DNA of 24,000 nt from an uncultured Methanobacteriaceae archaeon (GCA_963740435.1 CAVUDY010000001.1:45791-69790); one strand, 5' to 3'. Counted from the first letter of the stretch, positions 1 to 11,617 are shown. The notes: generated from the sequence alone by a model not told the origin. Numbers and translations: made by a program.

Positions 1-1707
1 GATCCAACTGGAAATGACGTCAGTATCGTCCTCTGTGGGGAAGCAGGTCAGGGAATTCAAACTGTGGAGGCTATACTTGTTAAGGCGATAAAAAAAAGTG
101 GATATAATGTATTTTCAACTAAAGAATATATGTCCCGTGTTAGGGGAGGTGAAAATTCAACAGAAATTAGGGTATCATCGAAAAGGGTGATTTCATACGT
201 TGATAGGATTGATATATTGCTTTCATTGAGTAAAGGAGCTGTTCACCATCTAGAAGATCGATTAACTTCTGAAACCCTTATTTTGGGGGATGAAAATCAT
301 TTAAAATTCTTATCTGGAGATAAATATGATCTGATAGGAGTTAAGCTTTTGGAAATGGCCAAAGAAATGGGTGGCGTCATTTTTTCCAATGTGATAGCTG
401 CTGGTGTGATATCTTGCATTCTGAATGTGCCTAAATCAGTATTTGTGAGTTGTATCCAAGAAATGTTTGCACGTAAAGGTGAAGAAATAGTAAAAAAGGA
501 TACTGATGCCGGTTTGAAGGGTTATGAAATTGGAAAAGAACTTGTTGAATCTGGAAAAATTGACTTTAAAATAGAAACTAATTCTGAAATTCTCGATGAA
601 ATACTTTTAGATGGAACAGAGGCAGTGGGATTGGGTTGTATTGCTGGAGGATGTCGATTTATGGCATCATATCCTATGACGCCGTCTACACCGTTACAAG
701 TTTTTATGGCAGCAAATTCTGAGGAATTTGGTATGATCTTTGAACAGGCTGAAGACGAGATCGCAGCAATCAACATGGCAATAGGGGGATTTTATGCTGG
801 GGCACGTTCAATGGTTGCAACTTCTGGAAGTGGTTTTGCACTTATGGAAGAAGCTGTAGGTCTTTCAGGCATGATTGAAACACCTGTCGTCATATATATT
901 GGACAAAGACCAGGACCAGCAGTTGGACTGCCAACAAGAACCTCACAAGAAGACCTTAATCTTGCGTTATACTCAGGTCCTGGAGAGTCTCCGAGAATCA
1001 TATTTGCACCAGGGAATTTTGAAGATGCATTTAATCTATCTCAGAAGGCATTTAACCTTGCAGATCAATATCAAATACCTGTTTTTATACTTTCAGATCA
1101 GTACTTTGCAGATGTTTTCTACAACCAGCCTGCATTTAATCTGGAAGATCTCGAGAATGAATATCATATTGTAAAAACTAGTTCGAATTATAAGAGGTAC
1201 GAGATAACTGAGAATGGAATATCCCCACGCGGGATTCCTGGGTTTGGAGATGGACTTGTTGTGGTAGATTCTGATGAACACGACGAAGAAGGGCACCTAA
1301 CAGAAAATCTTGATATAAGGACCAAAATGGTTGATAAACGTCTCAGAAAATTAAATGAATTGGAAATTGTCCCACCCGAACTATTGGGGAGCATTAATTA
1401 TAAAACACTTGTAATTGGGTGGGGATCAACATACGGCCCGATAAAAGAAGCTTTGGACAATCTTGAAGATGAAAATATTAGTTTTTTGTATTTCAAACAA
1501 TTGTACCCTCTACACAAATCCACTGATCAATCTTTAAAAAGGGCTGAGAATACAATAATATTTGAAAATAATGCTCAGGGACAATTTTCAGATTTAATTA
1601 AACTTAAAACCGGATTTGAAATCGAAAAAAGAGTTTTAAAATACAATGGTATGCCATTTTCAGTTGAAGAAGTTGAAAAGAACCTCAAAGAATTTATGGA
1701 GGGATAA
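1..1707 (+). CDS. 2-oxoacid:ferredoxin oxidoreductase, fused gamma-alpha subunit (5' end lies outside the window)
   Basis: Frame 1 is open from nt 1 ([21 protein letters not shown]...), so the GTG at 64 in the ORF track is internal. The first ~180 aa resemble an OFOR gamma domain with a glycine-rich G-x-A-GQG motif. From about nt 600 the sequence resembles an alpha domain ([28 protein letters not shown]). The stop lies 2 nt before the beta-subunit ATG, and GGAGGG sits in the last codons. Confidence 0.85.
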   Translation, partial: DPTGNDVSIVLCGEAGQGIQTVEAILVKAIKKSGYNVFSTKEYMSRVRGGENSTEIRVSSKRVISYVDRIDILLSLSKGAVHHLEDRLTSETLILGDENHLKFLSGDKYDLIGVKLLEMAKEMGGVIFSNVIAAGVISCILNVPKSVFVSCIQEMFARKGEEIVKKDTDAGLKGYEIGKELVESGKIDFKIETNSEILDEILLDGTEAVGLGCIAGGCRFMASYPMTPSTPLQVFMAANSEEFGMIFEQAEDEIAAINMAIGGFYAGARSMVATSGSGFALMEEAVGLSGMIETPVVIYIGQRPGPAVGLPTRTSQEDLNLALYSGPGESPRIIFAPGNFEDAFNLSQKAFNLADQYQIPVFILSDQYFADVFYNQPAFNLEDLENEYHIVKTSSNYKRYEITENGISPRGIPGFGDGLVVVDSDEHDEEGHLTENLDIRTKMVDKRLRKLNELEIVPPELLGSINYKTLVIGWGSTYGPIKEALDNLEDENISFLYFKQLYPLHKSTDQSLKRAENTIIFENNAQGQFSDLIKLKTGFEIEKRVLKYNGMPFSVEEVEKNLKEFMEG

Positions 1708-1709
1708 GT

Positions 1710-2570
1710 ATGGATCCTGAATTATTCGATGTTGAAGGAGCTGACATTGCATGGTGTCCAGGATGTGGAAATTTTTCAATCCTTAAAACAATAAAGGAAA
1801 CATTGTCTGAACTGGAAATAAGTCCAAAAAAACTTGTTTTTGTATCTGGAATAGGACAAGCCGGGAAATTACCGCACTACCTCAAGGCAAATGTTTTCAA
1901 TGGACTTCATGGCAGATCCTTACCGGCTTCAACTGCAATAAAGGCTGTAAATCCTGAACTCATTGTTATCAATGTTAGTGGCGATGGATGTACCTATGGA
2001 GAGGGAGGTAACCATTTCATCCATAATATCAGAAGAAATCCGGATATAACCAATATTGTACATAACAACATGGTTTATGGGTTGACCAAGGGACAAGCTT
2101 CTCCTACAAGTCAAAGGGATTACAGCACACCGTTACAGATTGAAGGGGTAGCTTTAGAACCATTTAATCCATTGGCCATCGCAATAGCCCTAAATGCATC
2201 ATTTGTTGCAAGGGCATTTAGTGGTGATAGTAAAGAGACGAAGGAAATCATGAAAAAAGCAATAAATCATAAAGGATACGCTTTGATAGATATATTTCAG
2301 CCATGCGTGACTTTTAACAAGGTTAACACGTTTAAGTGGTTTAAGGATAATACATATTACCTAGACGAATCCCATGACCCATATGACAGATATGAAGCCT
2401 TTAAACGTGCTATAGAAACAGAAAAATATCCTTTAGGTATATTTTATTTGAACTCAGATAATTTAACATTTGAAGAAAGTATATCGGCATACAAAAAGGA
2501 TAAATCACCGTTATACAAAAGAGATTTTTACATGGATAATTTGAAGAAACTCATTGATACAAAGAAGTGA
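1710..2570 (+). CDS. 2-oxoacid:ferredoxin oxidoreductase beta subunit (TPP-binding)
   Basis: WCPGCGNF N-terminal CxxC motif. TPP motif GDG-x(25)-NN ([31 protein letters not shown]), followed by [11 protein letters not shown]. Tightly coupled to the upstream gamma-alpha gene. No delta (ferredoxin-like) subunit gene follows. Confidence 0.88.
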   Translation: MDPELFDVEGADIAWCPGCGNFSILKTIKETLSELEISPKKLVFVSGIGQAGKLPHYLKANVFNGLHGRSLPASTAIKAVNPELIVINVSGDGCTYGEGGNHFIHNIRRNPDITNIVHNNMVYGLTKGQASPTSQRDYSTPLQIEGVALEPFNPLAIAIALNASFVARAFSGDSKETKEIMKKAINHKGYALIDIFQPCVTFNKVNTFKWFKDNTYYLDESHDPYDRYEAFKRAIETEKYPLGIFYLNSDNLTFEESISAYKKDKSPLYKRDFYMDNLKKLIDTKK

Positions 2571-2614
2571 TAATAATAAGTATCAAACTTAATTCAACAA
2601 ATTCGGTGAAATAG

Positions 2615-3397
2615 ATGGGTAAAATAAGAATTGTATCCTGGAACGTCAATGGAGTAAGGGCAGTGCATAAAAAAGGGTTTTTAAACTGGTTTAATAATGA
2701 AAAACCAGATATTCTCTGTATTCAGGAAACAAAAGCAACAAGGAAACAATTTCCAAAAGATATAAGGATTGTTGATGGTTATAAGTTATACATTTCCGAA
2801 GCTGTGAAGAAAGGTTACAGTGGAACAGCGACTTATTCTCAAATAGAACCGTTTAAAGTTGAGTATGGATTTGGTGTTAAAAAATTCGATACTGAAGGAC
2901 GGATTATAATAGCAGACTATGGTGAATTTATCTTATTCAACATTTATTTCCCGAATGGTAAAATGTCTCCTGAAAGGTTGCAGTATAAATTGGATTTCTA
3001 TGACACATTTCTTGAATATGTGGATAAGTTGAAAGATGAAGGCAAGAATATCGTGATATGTGGAGATGTGAACACTGCACACAAAGAAATAGATCTGGCA
3101 CATCCTAAAGAAAACTCAAAGATTTCAGGGTTTTTGCCTGTGGAGAGAGCTTGGATGGATAAATTTTTTAACCATGGATATGTTGATACATTCAGGGAAT
3201 TTAACAAGGAACCAGAACAATACACATGGTGGAGTTACCGTACCCGGGCAAGAGATAGAAATGTAGGCTGGCGATTGGACTACTTCTTCGTAAATAAGGA
3301 ATTTATGGACAAAATTGAAGCATCAAATATATTATATGATGTTATGGGTTCAGATCATTGTCCAATAAGCCTTGAAATAAATATAAAGGATAGATAG
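2615..3397 (+). CDS. xth: Exodeoxyribonuclease III family AP endonuclease (ExoIII/Mth212-like)
   Basis: EEP-fold signatures run end to end: [33 protein letters not shown], and [10 protein letters not shown] at the C-terminus. 260 aa. GGTGA lies 5 nt upstream of the ATG. Confidence 0.88.
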   Translation: MGKIRIVSWNVNGVRAVHKKGFLNWFNNEKPDILCIQETKATRKQFPKDIRIVDGYKLYISEAVKKGYSGTATYSQIEPFKVEYGFGVKKFDTEGRIIIADYGEFILFNIYFPNGKMSPERLQYKLDFYDTFLEYVDKLKDEGKNIVICGDVNTAHKEIDLAHPKENSKISGFLPVERAWMDKFFNHGYVDTFREFNKEPEQYTWWSYRTRARDRNVGWRLDYFFVNKEFMDKIEASNILYDVMGSDHCPISLEINIKDR

Positions 3398-3595
3398 TAC
3401 ATTAAACTTCTCATTTTTCAATATCTAGTGAGCTACTTCATAATTTTTACCAAATTGAAAATCAAACTTAAAAGTTTTAATGATATGTAATACTAAGATA
3501 AATCATCTCATTAATTATGAGCTATTTTACATAATCATTAAAATTTGGATTAACAAAACTTAAGGGGATTCAATCAATATTTAGAGGAGAATATT

Positions 3596-4909
3596 ATGGT
3601 TTATAAGGGATCTTCAAGGAAATTTTTGGAGTCATCGGGCATATCTATAGGAGACGTTATCAAACTAACAAAAAACGAAATATCATATAAGGGAATTCTA
3701 TTAGATAGAGCAGAAGATCCCGATGATAAACATATCGTGATTAAACTCGAAAGTGGTTACAATGTAGGTGTTGATGTTAGTGATTCAGTTGCAGAACTTG
3801 TGAAGAAAGGAGATAAGCCTAAATTAGAAATGCAACCAGTTGATATGGTAAAAGATGCTGAAAAACCGGATATATCTATAATATCTACAGGAGGGACAGT
3901 TGCATCCGTAATAGACTACAAAACTGGCGCGGTTCATCCTGCATTTACTGCAGATGATCTTATACGGGCAAACCCTGAATTGCTTGTTCATGCTAACATA
4001 AAGGGGGCGGCAATTCTCAACATACTCAGTGAAAATATGAAACCCGAATACTGGAAAAAAACTGCACGTTCAATAGCAGATGAAATTAATGAAGGTGCAG
4101 ACGGCGTTGTTGTTGCACATGGAACAGATACCATGCATTACACATCGGCTGCACTCAACTTCATATTAGATACTCCAGTTCCAGTAGTACTAACAGGCGC
4201 TCAACGAAGTTCTGATAGACCTTCTTCTGACGCCTTCATAAATCTTATAAGCTCTGTTATTGCTGCAAAATCTGATATTGCAGAAGTTACAGTGTGCATG
4301 CATGCAGAAGAAGATGATTCCTATTGCTATCTTCATCGAGGCACGAAGGTTCGGAAGATGCATACAACCCGTAGAGATACCTTCCGAACCATAAATGCAC
4401 TGCCAATTGCTAAGATAGAAAAAAGAAAGTTAAAACTACTTGATTCAACTTTAGATTATAAAAAACGTAGTAACAATGATGTTATGATTCGTGATGAACT
4501 TGAAGAGAAAGTAGGATACATAAAGAGTTATCCTGGAATTCGATCAGATATATTAGATTATCACATAGACAACGGGTACAAAGGGATAATATTGGAAGGG
4601 ACAGGACTGGGGCATTGTCCTGAAAATCTAATTCCATCTCTTGAAAGAGCAAAAGATGCACATATTCCAATTGTTATGACATCTCAATGTCTTTATGGGC
4701 TGGTAAATATGAATGTGTACAGTACAGGTAGGAAGATTTTATCTGCAGGAGTAATATCTGTCCTGGACATGTTACCCGAAACTGCCTATGTAAAACTTGT
4801 TTGGGCACTTGGACAGACAGACAATATTAATGAAATTAAGACGATCATGCAGACAAATATAGCAGGAGAGATTGGGGAGAAGTCATCAGAAAAATTCTTC
4901 TTAAATTAA
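3596..4909 (+). CDS. gatD: Glutamyl-tRNA(Gln) amidotransferase subunit D
   Basis: A ~90-aa N-terminal domain is followed by asparaginase-type motifs STGGTVAS and HGTDTM. 437 aa. GAGGAG lies 6 nt upstream of the ATG. gatE follows directly. Confidence 0.9.
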   Translation: MVYKGSSRKFLESSGISIGDVIKLTKNEISYKGILLDRAEDPDDKHIVIKLESGYNVGVDVSDSVAELVKKGDKPKLEMQPVDMVKDAEKPDISIISTGGTVASVIDYKTGAVHPAFTADDLIRANPELLVHANIKGAAILNILSENMKPEYWKKTARSIADEINEGADGVVVAHGTDTMHYTSAALNFILDTPVPVVLTGAQRSSDRPSSDAFINLISSVIAAKSDIAEVTVCMHAEEDDSYCYLHRGTKVRKMHTTRRDTFRTINALPIAKIEKRKLKLLDSTLDYKKRSNNDVMIRDELEEKVGYIKSYPGIRSDILDYHIDNGYKGIILEGTGLGHCPENLIPSLERAKDAHIPIVMTSQCLYGLVNMNVYSTGRKILSAGVISVLDMLPETAYVKLVWALGQTDNINEIKTIMQTNIAGEIGEKSSEKFFLN

Positions 4910-4950
4910 TGCGATTTAAATTATTAATAGAGATTATATAGGGGGATTTT

Positions 4951-6831
4951 ATGGATTACGTTAAATTAGGTCTAAAAATCGGCCTTGAGATTCATCAGCA
5001 ACTTAATACAGAAAAAAAATTATTTTGTCCATGTAAATGTGAATTAACCGATAAAAAGCCAGACTACAAACTTTTAAGATGTTTAAGACCAACCCAAAGT
5101 GAGCTTGGTAAGATAGATCGGGCTGCATTTGAAGAATCAAGAAGAAAATTGAAGTTCATTTATGAATCATATGACCATGAAACATGCCTTGTGGAGTCCG
5201 ATGATGAGCCACCGCATCCATTGAACATGGAAGCTCTTGAAATAGCTCTAATAATTGCATCACTTTTAAACATGAATGTTGTCGATGAATTCCATATCAT
5301 GAGGAAACAGGTTATTGATGGAAGTAATACAGGAGGTTTTCAGCGTACTGGACTTGTTGCTACCGATGGAAAACTTGAAACAGAGCATGGAACAGTCATG
5401 ATCGAAAATCTTTGTCTTGAAGAAGATGCAGCACGAAGAATGGGTCAGAAAAAAGGTAAAGTTGTTTTTAGACTTGACAGACTAGGAATCCCACTCCTAG
5501 AAGTGACCACAGATCCTTCTATGAAACATCCAGAACAAGTTAAAGAAGTTGCATACCAATTGGGACAGGTTTTACGAAGTACAAAGGTTAAACGTGGACT
5601 AGGAACAATACGTCAGGATCTGAACATTTCTATTGCAGAAGGATCACGCGTAGAGATAAAAGGGGTTCAAAATCTTGATTTAATGTCCAAAATGGTTGAA
5701 AACGAAGTAAAAAGACAGATAAATCTCATTAAAATAATTAAAGAACTCCAAAGAAGAAATGCAAATGTTGATAATGAGATATTTAATGTTAACGAACTAT
5801 TCCAACAAACAGAATCCAATATAATATCTAAGGCTATCCTTAACAGTGGAGTTATTCTTGCATTAAGACTTGAAGGATTTAAGGATCTAATTGGAATGGA
5901 AGTTCAGCCAGGAAGGCGATTTGGAACAGAACTTGCAGCTTATGCTAAGAAGATGGGGGTATCTGGTATATTCCACTCGGACGAACTCCCTGCATATGGA
6001 ATAACTGATGACGAGGTTAAAAAAATTTACAAACATCTAAAATTATCTGAAAATGATGCATTTATCCTTGTTGCGGATGAAGTGGAAAAGGCTAGAAATG
6101 CTATTACAGAAGTTCAGAGGAGGGCAATAACTGCAATTAGTAATGTTCCAGAAGAAACACGGAAAGCCCTTGAAGATGCCAATAGTGAGTACCTTAGACC
6201 TCTGCCAACTGCCAGCCGTATGTATGTTGAAACTGATATTCCCACAACGGTAATTACCCGGGATATTGTAATGGATATTAAATCGAATTTACCCGAACTT
6301 CCAGATGAGAAAAGACTCAGAATGATAGAACAATACAGTTTAAGTGAAGATATAGCATCACAACTGGTTCGGTTGAATAAAGTTGAAGATTTTGAAGAGA
6401 TAGTATTATCATCAAAGATAGACCCTACAACGGTTGGATCTACGCTTGCATACACACTTAAAGAGCTTAGAAGAGAAGGACTCGATGTATCAAAGCTAAA
6501 TACAAGTTTACTAATCGGAACATTTGCATTAGTTGAAAATGGTAAGATAGCCAAAGAAGCAGTTTCAGAAGTTTTAACTGAATTGATGCATGATAATTCT
6601 TCGCCAGAGCAAATAGCAAGCAAACTTGACCTTATGATGTATTCAAAAGAAGAGGTAGAAGCAATAATCGATGAATTAATTTCAGAAAATATTAAAATAG
6701 TTCAAGAGCGTGGAATGGGTGCAATGGGACCTTTAATGGGCAAATCCATGCAGAAACTTCAAGGCAAGGCAGATGGGAAACTTGTAAATAAACTTTTGAG
6801 GGATAAAATACAGAATATAAGTAGTGTTTAA
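4951..6831 (+). CDS. gatE: Glutamyl-tRNA(Gln) amidotransferase subunit E
   Basis: GLEIHQQL N-terminus and a GatB/GatE-type core ([24 protein letters not shown]). The 626-aa length is typical of archaeal GatE. It lies immediately downstream of gatD. Confidence 0.9.
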   Translation: MDYVKLGLKIGLEIHQQLNTEKKLFCPCKCELTDKKPDYKLLRCLRPTQSELGKIDRAAFEESRRKLKFIYESYDHETCLVESDDEPPHPLNMEALEIALIIASLLNMNVVDEFHIMRKQVIDGSNTGGFQRTGLVATDGKLETEHGTVMIENLCLEEDAARRMGQKKGKVVFRLDRLGIPLLEVTTDPSMKHPEQVKEVAYQLGQVLRSTKVKRGLGTIRQDLNISIAEGSRVEIKGVQNLDLMSKMVENEVKRQINLIKIIKELQRRNANVDNEIFNVNELFQQTESNIISKAILNSGVILALRLEGFKDLIGMEVQPGRRFGTELAAYAKKMGVSGIFHSDELPAYGITDDEVKKIYKHLKLSENDAFILVADEVEKARNAITEVQRRAITAISNVPEETRKALEDANSEYLRPLPTASRMYVETDIPTTVITRDIVMDIKSNLPELPDEKRLRMIEQYSLSEDIASQLVRLNKVEDFEEIVLSSKIDPTTVGSTLAYTLKELRREGLDVSKLNTSLLIGTFALVENGKIAKEAVSEVLTELMHDNSSPEQIASKLDLMMYSKEEVEAIIDELISENIKIVQERGMGAMGPLMGKSMQKLQGKADGKLVNKLLRDKIQNISSV

Positions 6832-6907
6832 CCGGTTGTACATACCATTGTATAATTTCCAAATGAAACAATTTTTACAAAGCAGATTAGGGATATGGAG
6901 GTTTTAA

Positions 6908-7822
6908 ATGGAAGAATATGATATTACTATAATTGGAGCAGGTCCTGCTGGCCTAACAGCCGGTATATATGTTGGCAGAGAAGGATTAAAATCATTAATT
7001 ATCGAAAAGGACGTTATAGGTGGAAATGCTAATACTGCACCCGTTATATTGAACTATCCTGGTTTTAAATCCATACCGGGATTGGATTTGTTAAAAATAA
7101 TGGGTGAGCAGGCAGAAAAATATATCGAAATAAGAGAGGAAGAAGGATTAATCGATGTTAAAAAAACAGGAAATAAATTTTTTATAACCACAACTAAATC
7201 TGAATACTCTGCTAAAGCCATAATATTCTGTTCAGGCACTACATATCGTAAGTTAGGTGTTAAAGGCGAAAAAGAATTCGTTGGAAAAGGAATATCATAC
7301 TGCTCTATTTGTGATGGAGTGTTATTCAAAGATAGGGAAGTCATAGTTGTTGGAGGAGGAAACTCCGCAGCGGAACATGCTCTACACCTCAAAGATATTG
7401 GGGTTAATGTTAAAATTATTCACAGAAGAGATAAATTAAGAGCTCAACAATATCTAAAAGATAAACTAAGCAACGAAGGTATACCAATCTTATGGAACAC
7501 TGTTTTAAAAGAAATAAAGGGTGATGTATTTTTAAAGAGTGTGTTATTACATAATAATGAAACTGGTATTGACGATGAAATGAATGTAGATGGTATTTTT
7601 ATAGCAGTTGGAGAAGAACCGAACAGTCAAATTGCCAATAATTTAGGGGTTAAAATAGATTCCAATAAATACATAATCACGGAAAAAGACCAGAGAACCA
7701 ATATTGACGGTGTTTACGCTGCTGGTGATGTTACTGGGGGCGTTAATCAGCTAGTTGTATCTTGTGGCGAAGGCGCAATCGCAGCTGTTAATGCTTACAA
7801 CTACGTTAAGATGATAGAATAG
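6908..7822 (+). CDS. trxB: Thioredoxin-disulfide reductase (low-Mr TrxR family)
   Basis: FAD motif IIGAGPAGLTAG, redox CxxC (CSIC), second Rossmann motif VVGGGNSAAE, HRRDKLRA (an HRRxxxR NADPH-type motif) and GDVTG. GGAGG lies 7 nt upstream of the ATG. Confidence 0.82.
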   Translation: MEEYDITIIGAGPAGLTAGIYVGREGLKSLIIEKDVIGGNANTAPVILNYPGFKSIPGLDLLKIMGEQAEKYIEIREEEGLIDVKKTGNKFFITTTKSEYSAKAIIFCSGTTYRKLGVKGEKEFVGKGISYCSICDGVLFKDREVIVVGGGNSAAEHALHLKDIGVNVKIIHRRDKLRAQQYLKDKLSNEGIPILWNTVLKEIKGDVFLKSVLLHNNETGIDDEMNVDGIFIAVGEEPNSQIANNLGVKIDSNKYIITEKDQRTNIDGVYAAGDVTGGVNQLVVSCGEGAIAAVNAYNYVKMIE

Positions 7823-7853
7823 ATAGGGATCAAATTTCCTATTTCTTGTTTTT
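7823..7853 (+). terminator. Hairpin plus oligo-T immediately after the trxB stop
   Basis: ATAGGGA (7823-7829) pairs with TTCCTAT (7836-7842), with one G-U pair and a 6-nt loop. It is followed by TTCTTGTTTTT, with a T5 run at 7849-7853. Oligo-T is the usual archaeal termination signal. Confidence 0.4.
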
Positions 7854-7888
7854 GATTAAAATTCAATATAAGATTTCATGAGGTAAAA

Positions 7889-8740
7889 ATGGCAAATATT
7901 AGATTTGGACCAGCAGGGAGGCCTATTGATTACTCTGGAAGTGCTAAAGATGCATGTAGTTATATAAAAGCTGAAGGATTAGATGCATATGAGTATCAGG
8001 CTACATATGGGGTTAAAATATCGCAAGGATCTGCATCGGAACTTAAAAAGAATTCTGAGGATGAAGATGTATTAGTTTCAATGCATGCACCATATTATAT
8101 AAATCTTTCATCAAACAAAGATGAAGTTATTAAAAGGTCCATACAACGGCTGGTCCAATCTGCTAAGGCTTCAGAATGGATGGGAGCATACAGAACAGTT
8201 TTCCACCCGGGATTTTATACTTCTTATACTTCTGAGGAGGCCATGAAGCTTTGTAAGAATGCAATTATTGAGATCATGGATGAACTAGAAGGCCAAGGCG
8301 TCAAAAACTTTTGTTTTGCTCCAGAAACAACTGGCAAAAAGTCTCAACTTGGTGATCTAGATGAGATAATTGAAATTTGTAGATCATTTGATAATTTTGA
8401 ACCTACGGTGGATTTTGCACATGTTTATGCAAGATCTGGGGGCAAGATCAAAACGAGGGAAGACTACCATAAAATTTTTCAGAAACTAGAGAATGAATTA
8501 GGAATTAAATCTCTCCATTCACATTTCACACACATAGAATATACTTTTGCTGGTGAAAGGAAACACCATATACTTTTAGATGAGAATTACGGTCCTCCAT
8601 TAGGACCATTCATTGAAGAGCTTGTTGAATGCGGCTGGAATATTACAGTAATCTGTGAAAGCCCATTAATCGACAAGGATGCATTGGTAATGAAAGATAT
8701 GTATAAAAAATTATCATTCAAAAATAAAAGTATTATATGA
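7889..8740 (+). CDS. AP endonuclease family 2 / endonuclease IV-like TIM-barrel protein
   Basis: [24 protein letters not shown] and VDFAHV match the metal-ligand blocks of the Nfo / xylose-isomerase-like TIM barrel. 283 aa. GAGGT lies 5 nt upstream of the ATG. Confidence 0.7.
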   Translation: MANIRFGPAGRPIDYSGSAKDACSYIKAEGLDAYEYQATYGVKISQGSASELKKNSEDEDVLVSMHAPYYINLSSNKDEVIKRSIQRLVQSAKASEWMGAYRTVFHPGFYTSYTSEEAMKLCKNAIIEIMDELEGQGVKNFCFAPETTGKKSQLGDLDEIIEICRSFDNFEPTVDFAHVYARSGGKIKTREDYHKIFQKLENELGIKSLHSHFTHIEYTFAGERKHHILLDENYGPPLGPFIEELVECGWNITVICESPLIDKDALVMKDMYKKLSFKNKSII

Positions 8741-9011
8741 AAACTCAAATATCTACGTCTCTTTAAATATCACAAAAATCTCATGGATAACATTAGTGTA
8801 TATTAAATCAATGTTCGGAATATTTGAACAGAAGATTTTCAACAAGAAGATGACAAAAAAAAGATTTTTAATAAAATATCTTATTGTTAATTGATGATCC
8901 AAAACTTTTTTATCCATTGTAATGACAATATCTTCATATAGTATTGATTCTAAAAGTAGCAAAATCTATTGAAATAAATAATTATAATCTTGAAACTTAC
9001 AATGAAAAAAA

Positions 9012-9023
9012 TTTAAATATATA
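9012..9023 (+). promoter_or_regulatory. Candidate archaeal TATA box (TTTAAATATATA) preceded by an A-rich BRE-like run
   Basis: AATGAAAAAAA-TTTAAATATATA ends 26 nt upstream of the in-frame GTG at 9049. A TATA box centred near -26/-27 would put the transcription start within a few nt of that GTG. Confidence 0.35.
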
Positions 9024-9048
9024 CAATAAAAAAACGGTAGGTATCCTA

Positions 9049-10170
9049 GTGAAACTGAATAATATAACTTCTGATCCTATAATATCAGACAAAAAATCTT
9101 CAAAAAATTTAAATGAACCTAATAAAGAGGCTAAACTCGTTGTACTCCAATCAATTGGCTATCCATTCTTATGTAACCTTGTTGAAAACCCTAAAATAGA
9201 GATATTCGATAAAGAGCTTTTTGAATTATACGCCAAAGAACAATGGGAGGGATGCGAGGTAGTTGAGGGTTCATTCCTATTTGACCAAAAATTGCTCCCA
9301 GATTATGCATTCAAAATTGTTAAAGCACATCCAGATAATTCTAAAATTACGAATAAAACTTCGATTCTTCTTGTAGATATCCAAGAATCACGTGAAATAA
9401 AAAAAGTCGAAAGTAACATCTGTATGGAAGATGTCATTGGTCAAGATCGTGCTAAGACCAAGTGCAAAATTATTATGAAGTATTTAAAGAATCCAGATAA
9501 GTTCAAGGAATGGGCTCCAAAAAATGTTCTATTTTATGGAACACCTGGAACAGGAAAGACTATGCTTGCAAAATCTCTTTCAAATGAGTTGAAAGTTCCA
9601 TTGTTCTTAGTAAAGGCAACAAGCCTTATAGGGGAGCATGTTGGTGATGGTGCAAGGCAGATTCATGAACTATTTGAAATGGCATCTGCAAGTTCTCCAT
9701 CTGTAATATTCATTGATGAGATGGATGCTGTTGGTCTTGACAGGAAATATCAATCACTTAGAGGGGATGTTTCTGAGGTAGTAAATGCTTTATTAACCGA
9801 AATGGATGGAATTGATTGTCACAAGGGTGTTGTCACAATAGGAGCTACTAACAACCCTCATTTACTCGATTTTGCTATAAGAAGTAGATTCGAAGAGGAA
9901 ATCGAGTTTACACTTCCAAATGAAAAAGAGCGCAAGTCTATTTTGGAACTTTATACAGAAACAATGCCTATTGGTGTAGATCTAGATTTGGACAAACTTG
10001 TAAAGTCTACTAATGGGATGTCTGGAAGGGATATTAAGGACAGAATTTTGAAGGTGGCTTTACATAAGGCAATATACGAAGATGCAGATATTGTTACATG
10101 GGAACATGTGAGTTATGCTCTTAAACAACATAAAACAAAACAGAAAGAACCCAAAGGGATGTATGCATAA
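9049..10170 (+). CDS. Single-domain AAA ATPase with a ~150-aa N-domain (AMA-type, 'Archaeoglobus and methanogenic archaea' AAA protein)
   Basis: Walker A GTPGTGKT, Walker B VIFIDEMD, and second region of homology [17 protein letters not shown]. The track ORF starts at TTG 8944, but its first 35 codons are N/K/I-rich low-complexity sequence resembling translated AT-rich spacer. Starting at the in-frame GTG at 9049 gives 373 aa. Start position is uncertain. Confidence 0.78.
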   Translation: MKLNNITSDPIISDKKSSKNLNEPNKEAKLVVLQSIGYPFLCNLVENPKIEIFDKELFELYAKEQWEGCEVVEGSFLFDQKLLPDYAFKIVKAHPDNSKITNKTSILLVDIQESREIKKVESNICMEDVIGQDRAKTKCKIIMKYLKNPDKFKEWAPKNVLFYGTPGTGKTMLAKSLSNELKVPLFLVKATSLIGEHVGDGARQIHELFEMASASSPSVIFIDEMDAVGLDRKYQSLRGDVSEVVNALLTEMDGIDCHKGVVTIGATNNPHLLDFAIRSRFEEEIEFTLPNEKERKSILELYTETMPIGVDLDLDKLVKSTNGMSGRDIKDRILKVALHKAIYEDADIVTWEHVSYALKQHKTKQKEPKGMYA

Positions 10171-10194
10171 ATAATTAGTATAGTACATTCTTAA

Positions 10195-10200
10195 TTTTTT
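10195..10200 (+). terminator. Oligo-T tract (T6) 25 nt after the AAA ATPase stop, in the convergent spacer
   Basis: ...CATTCTTAATTTTTTAATATT. A second T5 run lies about 25 nt further on. Confidence 0.35.
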
Positions 10201-10330
10201 AATATTAGATCAATCGAATTAATTTTTCTGAACTTCTTATTTCTGGTTAAATGATAGTTAAATATTTTCGAATTAAATAAAAACACTTATTAATAACGGA
10301 TAGCTCATTAAAGTTCATTAAAATAAATAA

Positions 10331-11527
10331 TCAAGTCTTTCTTGAAAAAATCGTTTCTGCAGCTTCGATAACATTTTTTTCATCATTTTCAGCTGCCTTT
10401 CTGAGATTTTTTATGACATTATAGAATATACGTTCCACAACAACTTTTGTAAGGTCGTCAACTATTTTTTCGTTTCCGTTCATTTCTCCAAGCATTTTAA
10501 ATGCTTTTTGAGTTTCATTTAAACGAATATTTTCTGCTGTAATTCTAATATCTGAAATAATTGGTTCAACTTCCAAATGTTTAAGGGATCTGTTTAGAAG
10601 CTCCATCTCCTCGGCAACTATCTTTTCAGCATCAAATGCTTCTGTTTCTCTCATCTTTCTACTTCTTTTTGCTATGCCTCTTAAATCGTCTATATTAAAG
10701 AGTTTGACTCCTAACTTTGATACATCCTCATCAATGTCTCTTGGGTTAGCAATATCTACCATCACCATTTTAGAAATATTAATTTCAGGCACTACTTCTT
10801 TAACCTTTTCATATGTTAGAATAGGATGTGGTGCTCCAGTTGCACTTATAACAACATCTGCATCCATCATTGCTTCATCTAATTTGTCAAAATGAATGGC
10901 TGATCCTCCAAGTTCTTTTGCAAGTTCAACAGCCTTATCATGTGTTCTATTGGCTACAACTATCGCTTTAAGTTTTTTCTCAACCAGTGCTTTAGCAACA
11001 AGTGTACCCATTTTACCAGCACCTATAATGAGTACTTTTTTACATTTAAGATCACCATGAACAGATTCTGCTAGCTCAACTGCTGCTGATCCAATTGATA
11101 ATGATCCTTCGTTAATTTTGGTCTTTTTTCGCACTACTTGGCCTACATGCACCGCTTTGGTGAAAATTGCTTGAAGAACTAGACCGGAGCAGCCTTCTTT
11201 AATACTACGTTTTTGAGCATCCTTTATCTGTCCAAGTATCTGGTCTTCGCCTATTATCATGGATTCTAACCCAGAAGAAAGTCTTAATAGATGTTCTATA
11301 GCTTTATCATCTGATTCAATCACAAAATCTTCAGATTGGAGGTTTTCTAGATTACATTCATCTAACACTAAGTAGATTTCTGCCCTGTTACAAGTGTTTA
11401 TCTTGAGATATTCCTGAATTCGATATTTTTCTATTATTTCGTTGAACAACGACTCAAGTTTCTGGCTTGATCGTTCCATCTTACTGATATCTGCTGTTTT
11501 GTGATCAACTCTGATATTTAAAATCAC
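10331..11527 (-). CDS. hemA: Glutamyl-tRNA reductase
   Basis: [10 protein letters not shown] catalytic-Cys motif, GAGKMG NADPH Rossmann motif, ~400 aa. The track start (GTG 11536) is the GTG inside the SD-like GGTGG. The next GTG at 11527 lies 5 nt after that SD, so it is preferred here. The alternative end is 11536. Confidence 0.88.
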   Translation of the reverse strand: MILNIRVDHKTADISKMERSSQKLESLFNEIIEKYRIQEYLKINTCNRAEIYLVLDECNLENLQSEDFVIESDDKAIEHLLRLSSGLESMIIGEDQILGQIKDAQKRSIKEGCSGLVLQAIFTKAVHVGQVVRKKTKINEGSLSIGSAAVELAESVHGDLKCKKVLIIGAGKMGTLVAKALVEKKLKAIVVANRTHDKAVELAKELGGSAIHFDKLDEAMMDADVVISATGAPHPILTYEKVKEVVPEINISKMVMVDIANPRDIDEDVSKLGVKLFNIDDLRGIAKRSRKMRETEAFDAEKIVAEEMELLNRSLKHLEVEPIISDIRITAENIRLNETQKAFKMLGEMNGNEKIVDDLTKVVVERIFYNVIKNLRKAAENDEKNVIEAAETIFSRKT

Positions 11528-11617
11528 TTTTTCCACCTTGGAAAATTTAACAATTTTTTGCTTTCAAGTATGAATTAACTTTCATACCCATACAATTTTG
11601 GGAAATAATTGAACAAT

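Noticed and set aside
875-1174. Alternative-frame and antisense ORFs inside the OFOR alpha gene (875-1174 +, 522-776 -, 792-1001 -, 1093-1296 -, 1188-1394 -).
   Set aside because: They are fully embedded in a well-supported CDS. They have no start context and no recognisable motifs, so they are chance ORFs.
3507-3521. Short inverted repeat CTCAT-taatt-ATGAG upstream of gatD, considered as a possible operator or riboswitch stem.
   Set aside because: The arms are only 5 nt in an AT-rich spacer, so the match is well within chance expectation. There is no surrounding conserved-looking structure.
8753-8962. 69-aa minus-strand ORF in the spacer between the Endo-IV-like gene and the AAA ATPase.
   Set aside because: Its composition is AT-rich spacer-like (I/F/L/K/N). 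It has no SD, and it overlaps the probable AAA ATPase promoter region. It is most likely a chance ORF.
8944-9048. TTG-initiated 35-codon N-terminal extension of the AAA ATPase ORF.
   Set aside because: The extension is low-complexity N/K/I-rich sequence and contains a BRE/TATA-like element. The in-frame GTG at 9049 gives a ~373-aa protein consistent with the family. I keep it only as an alternative start.
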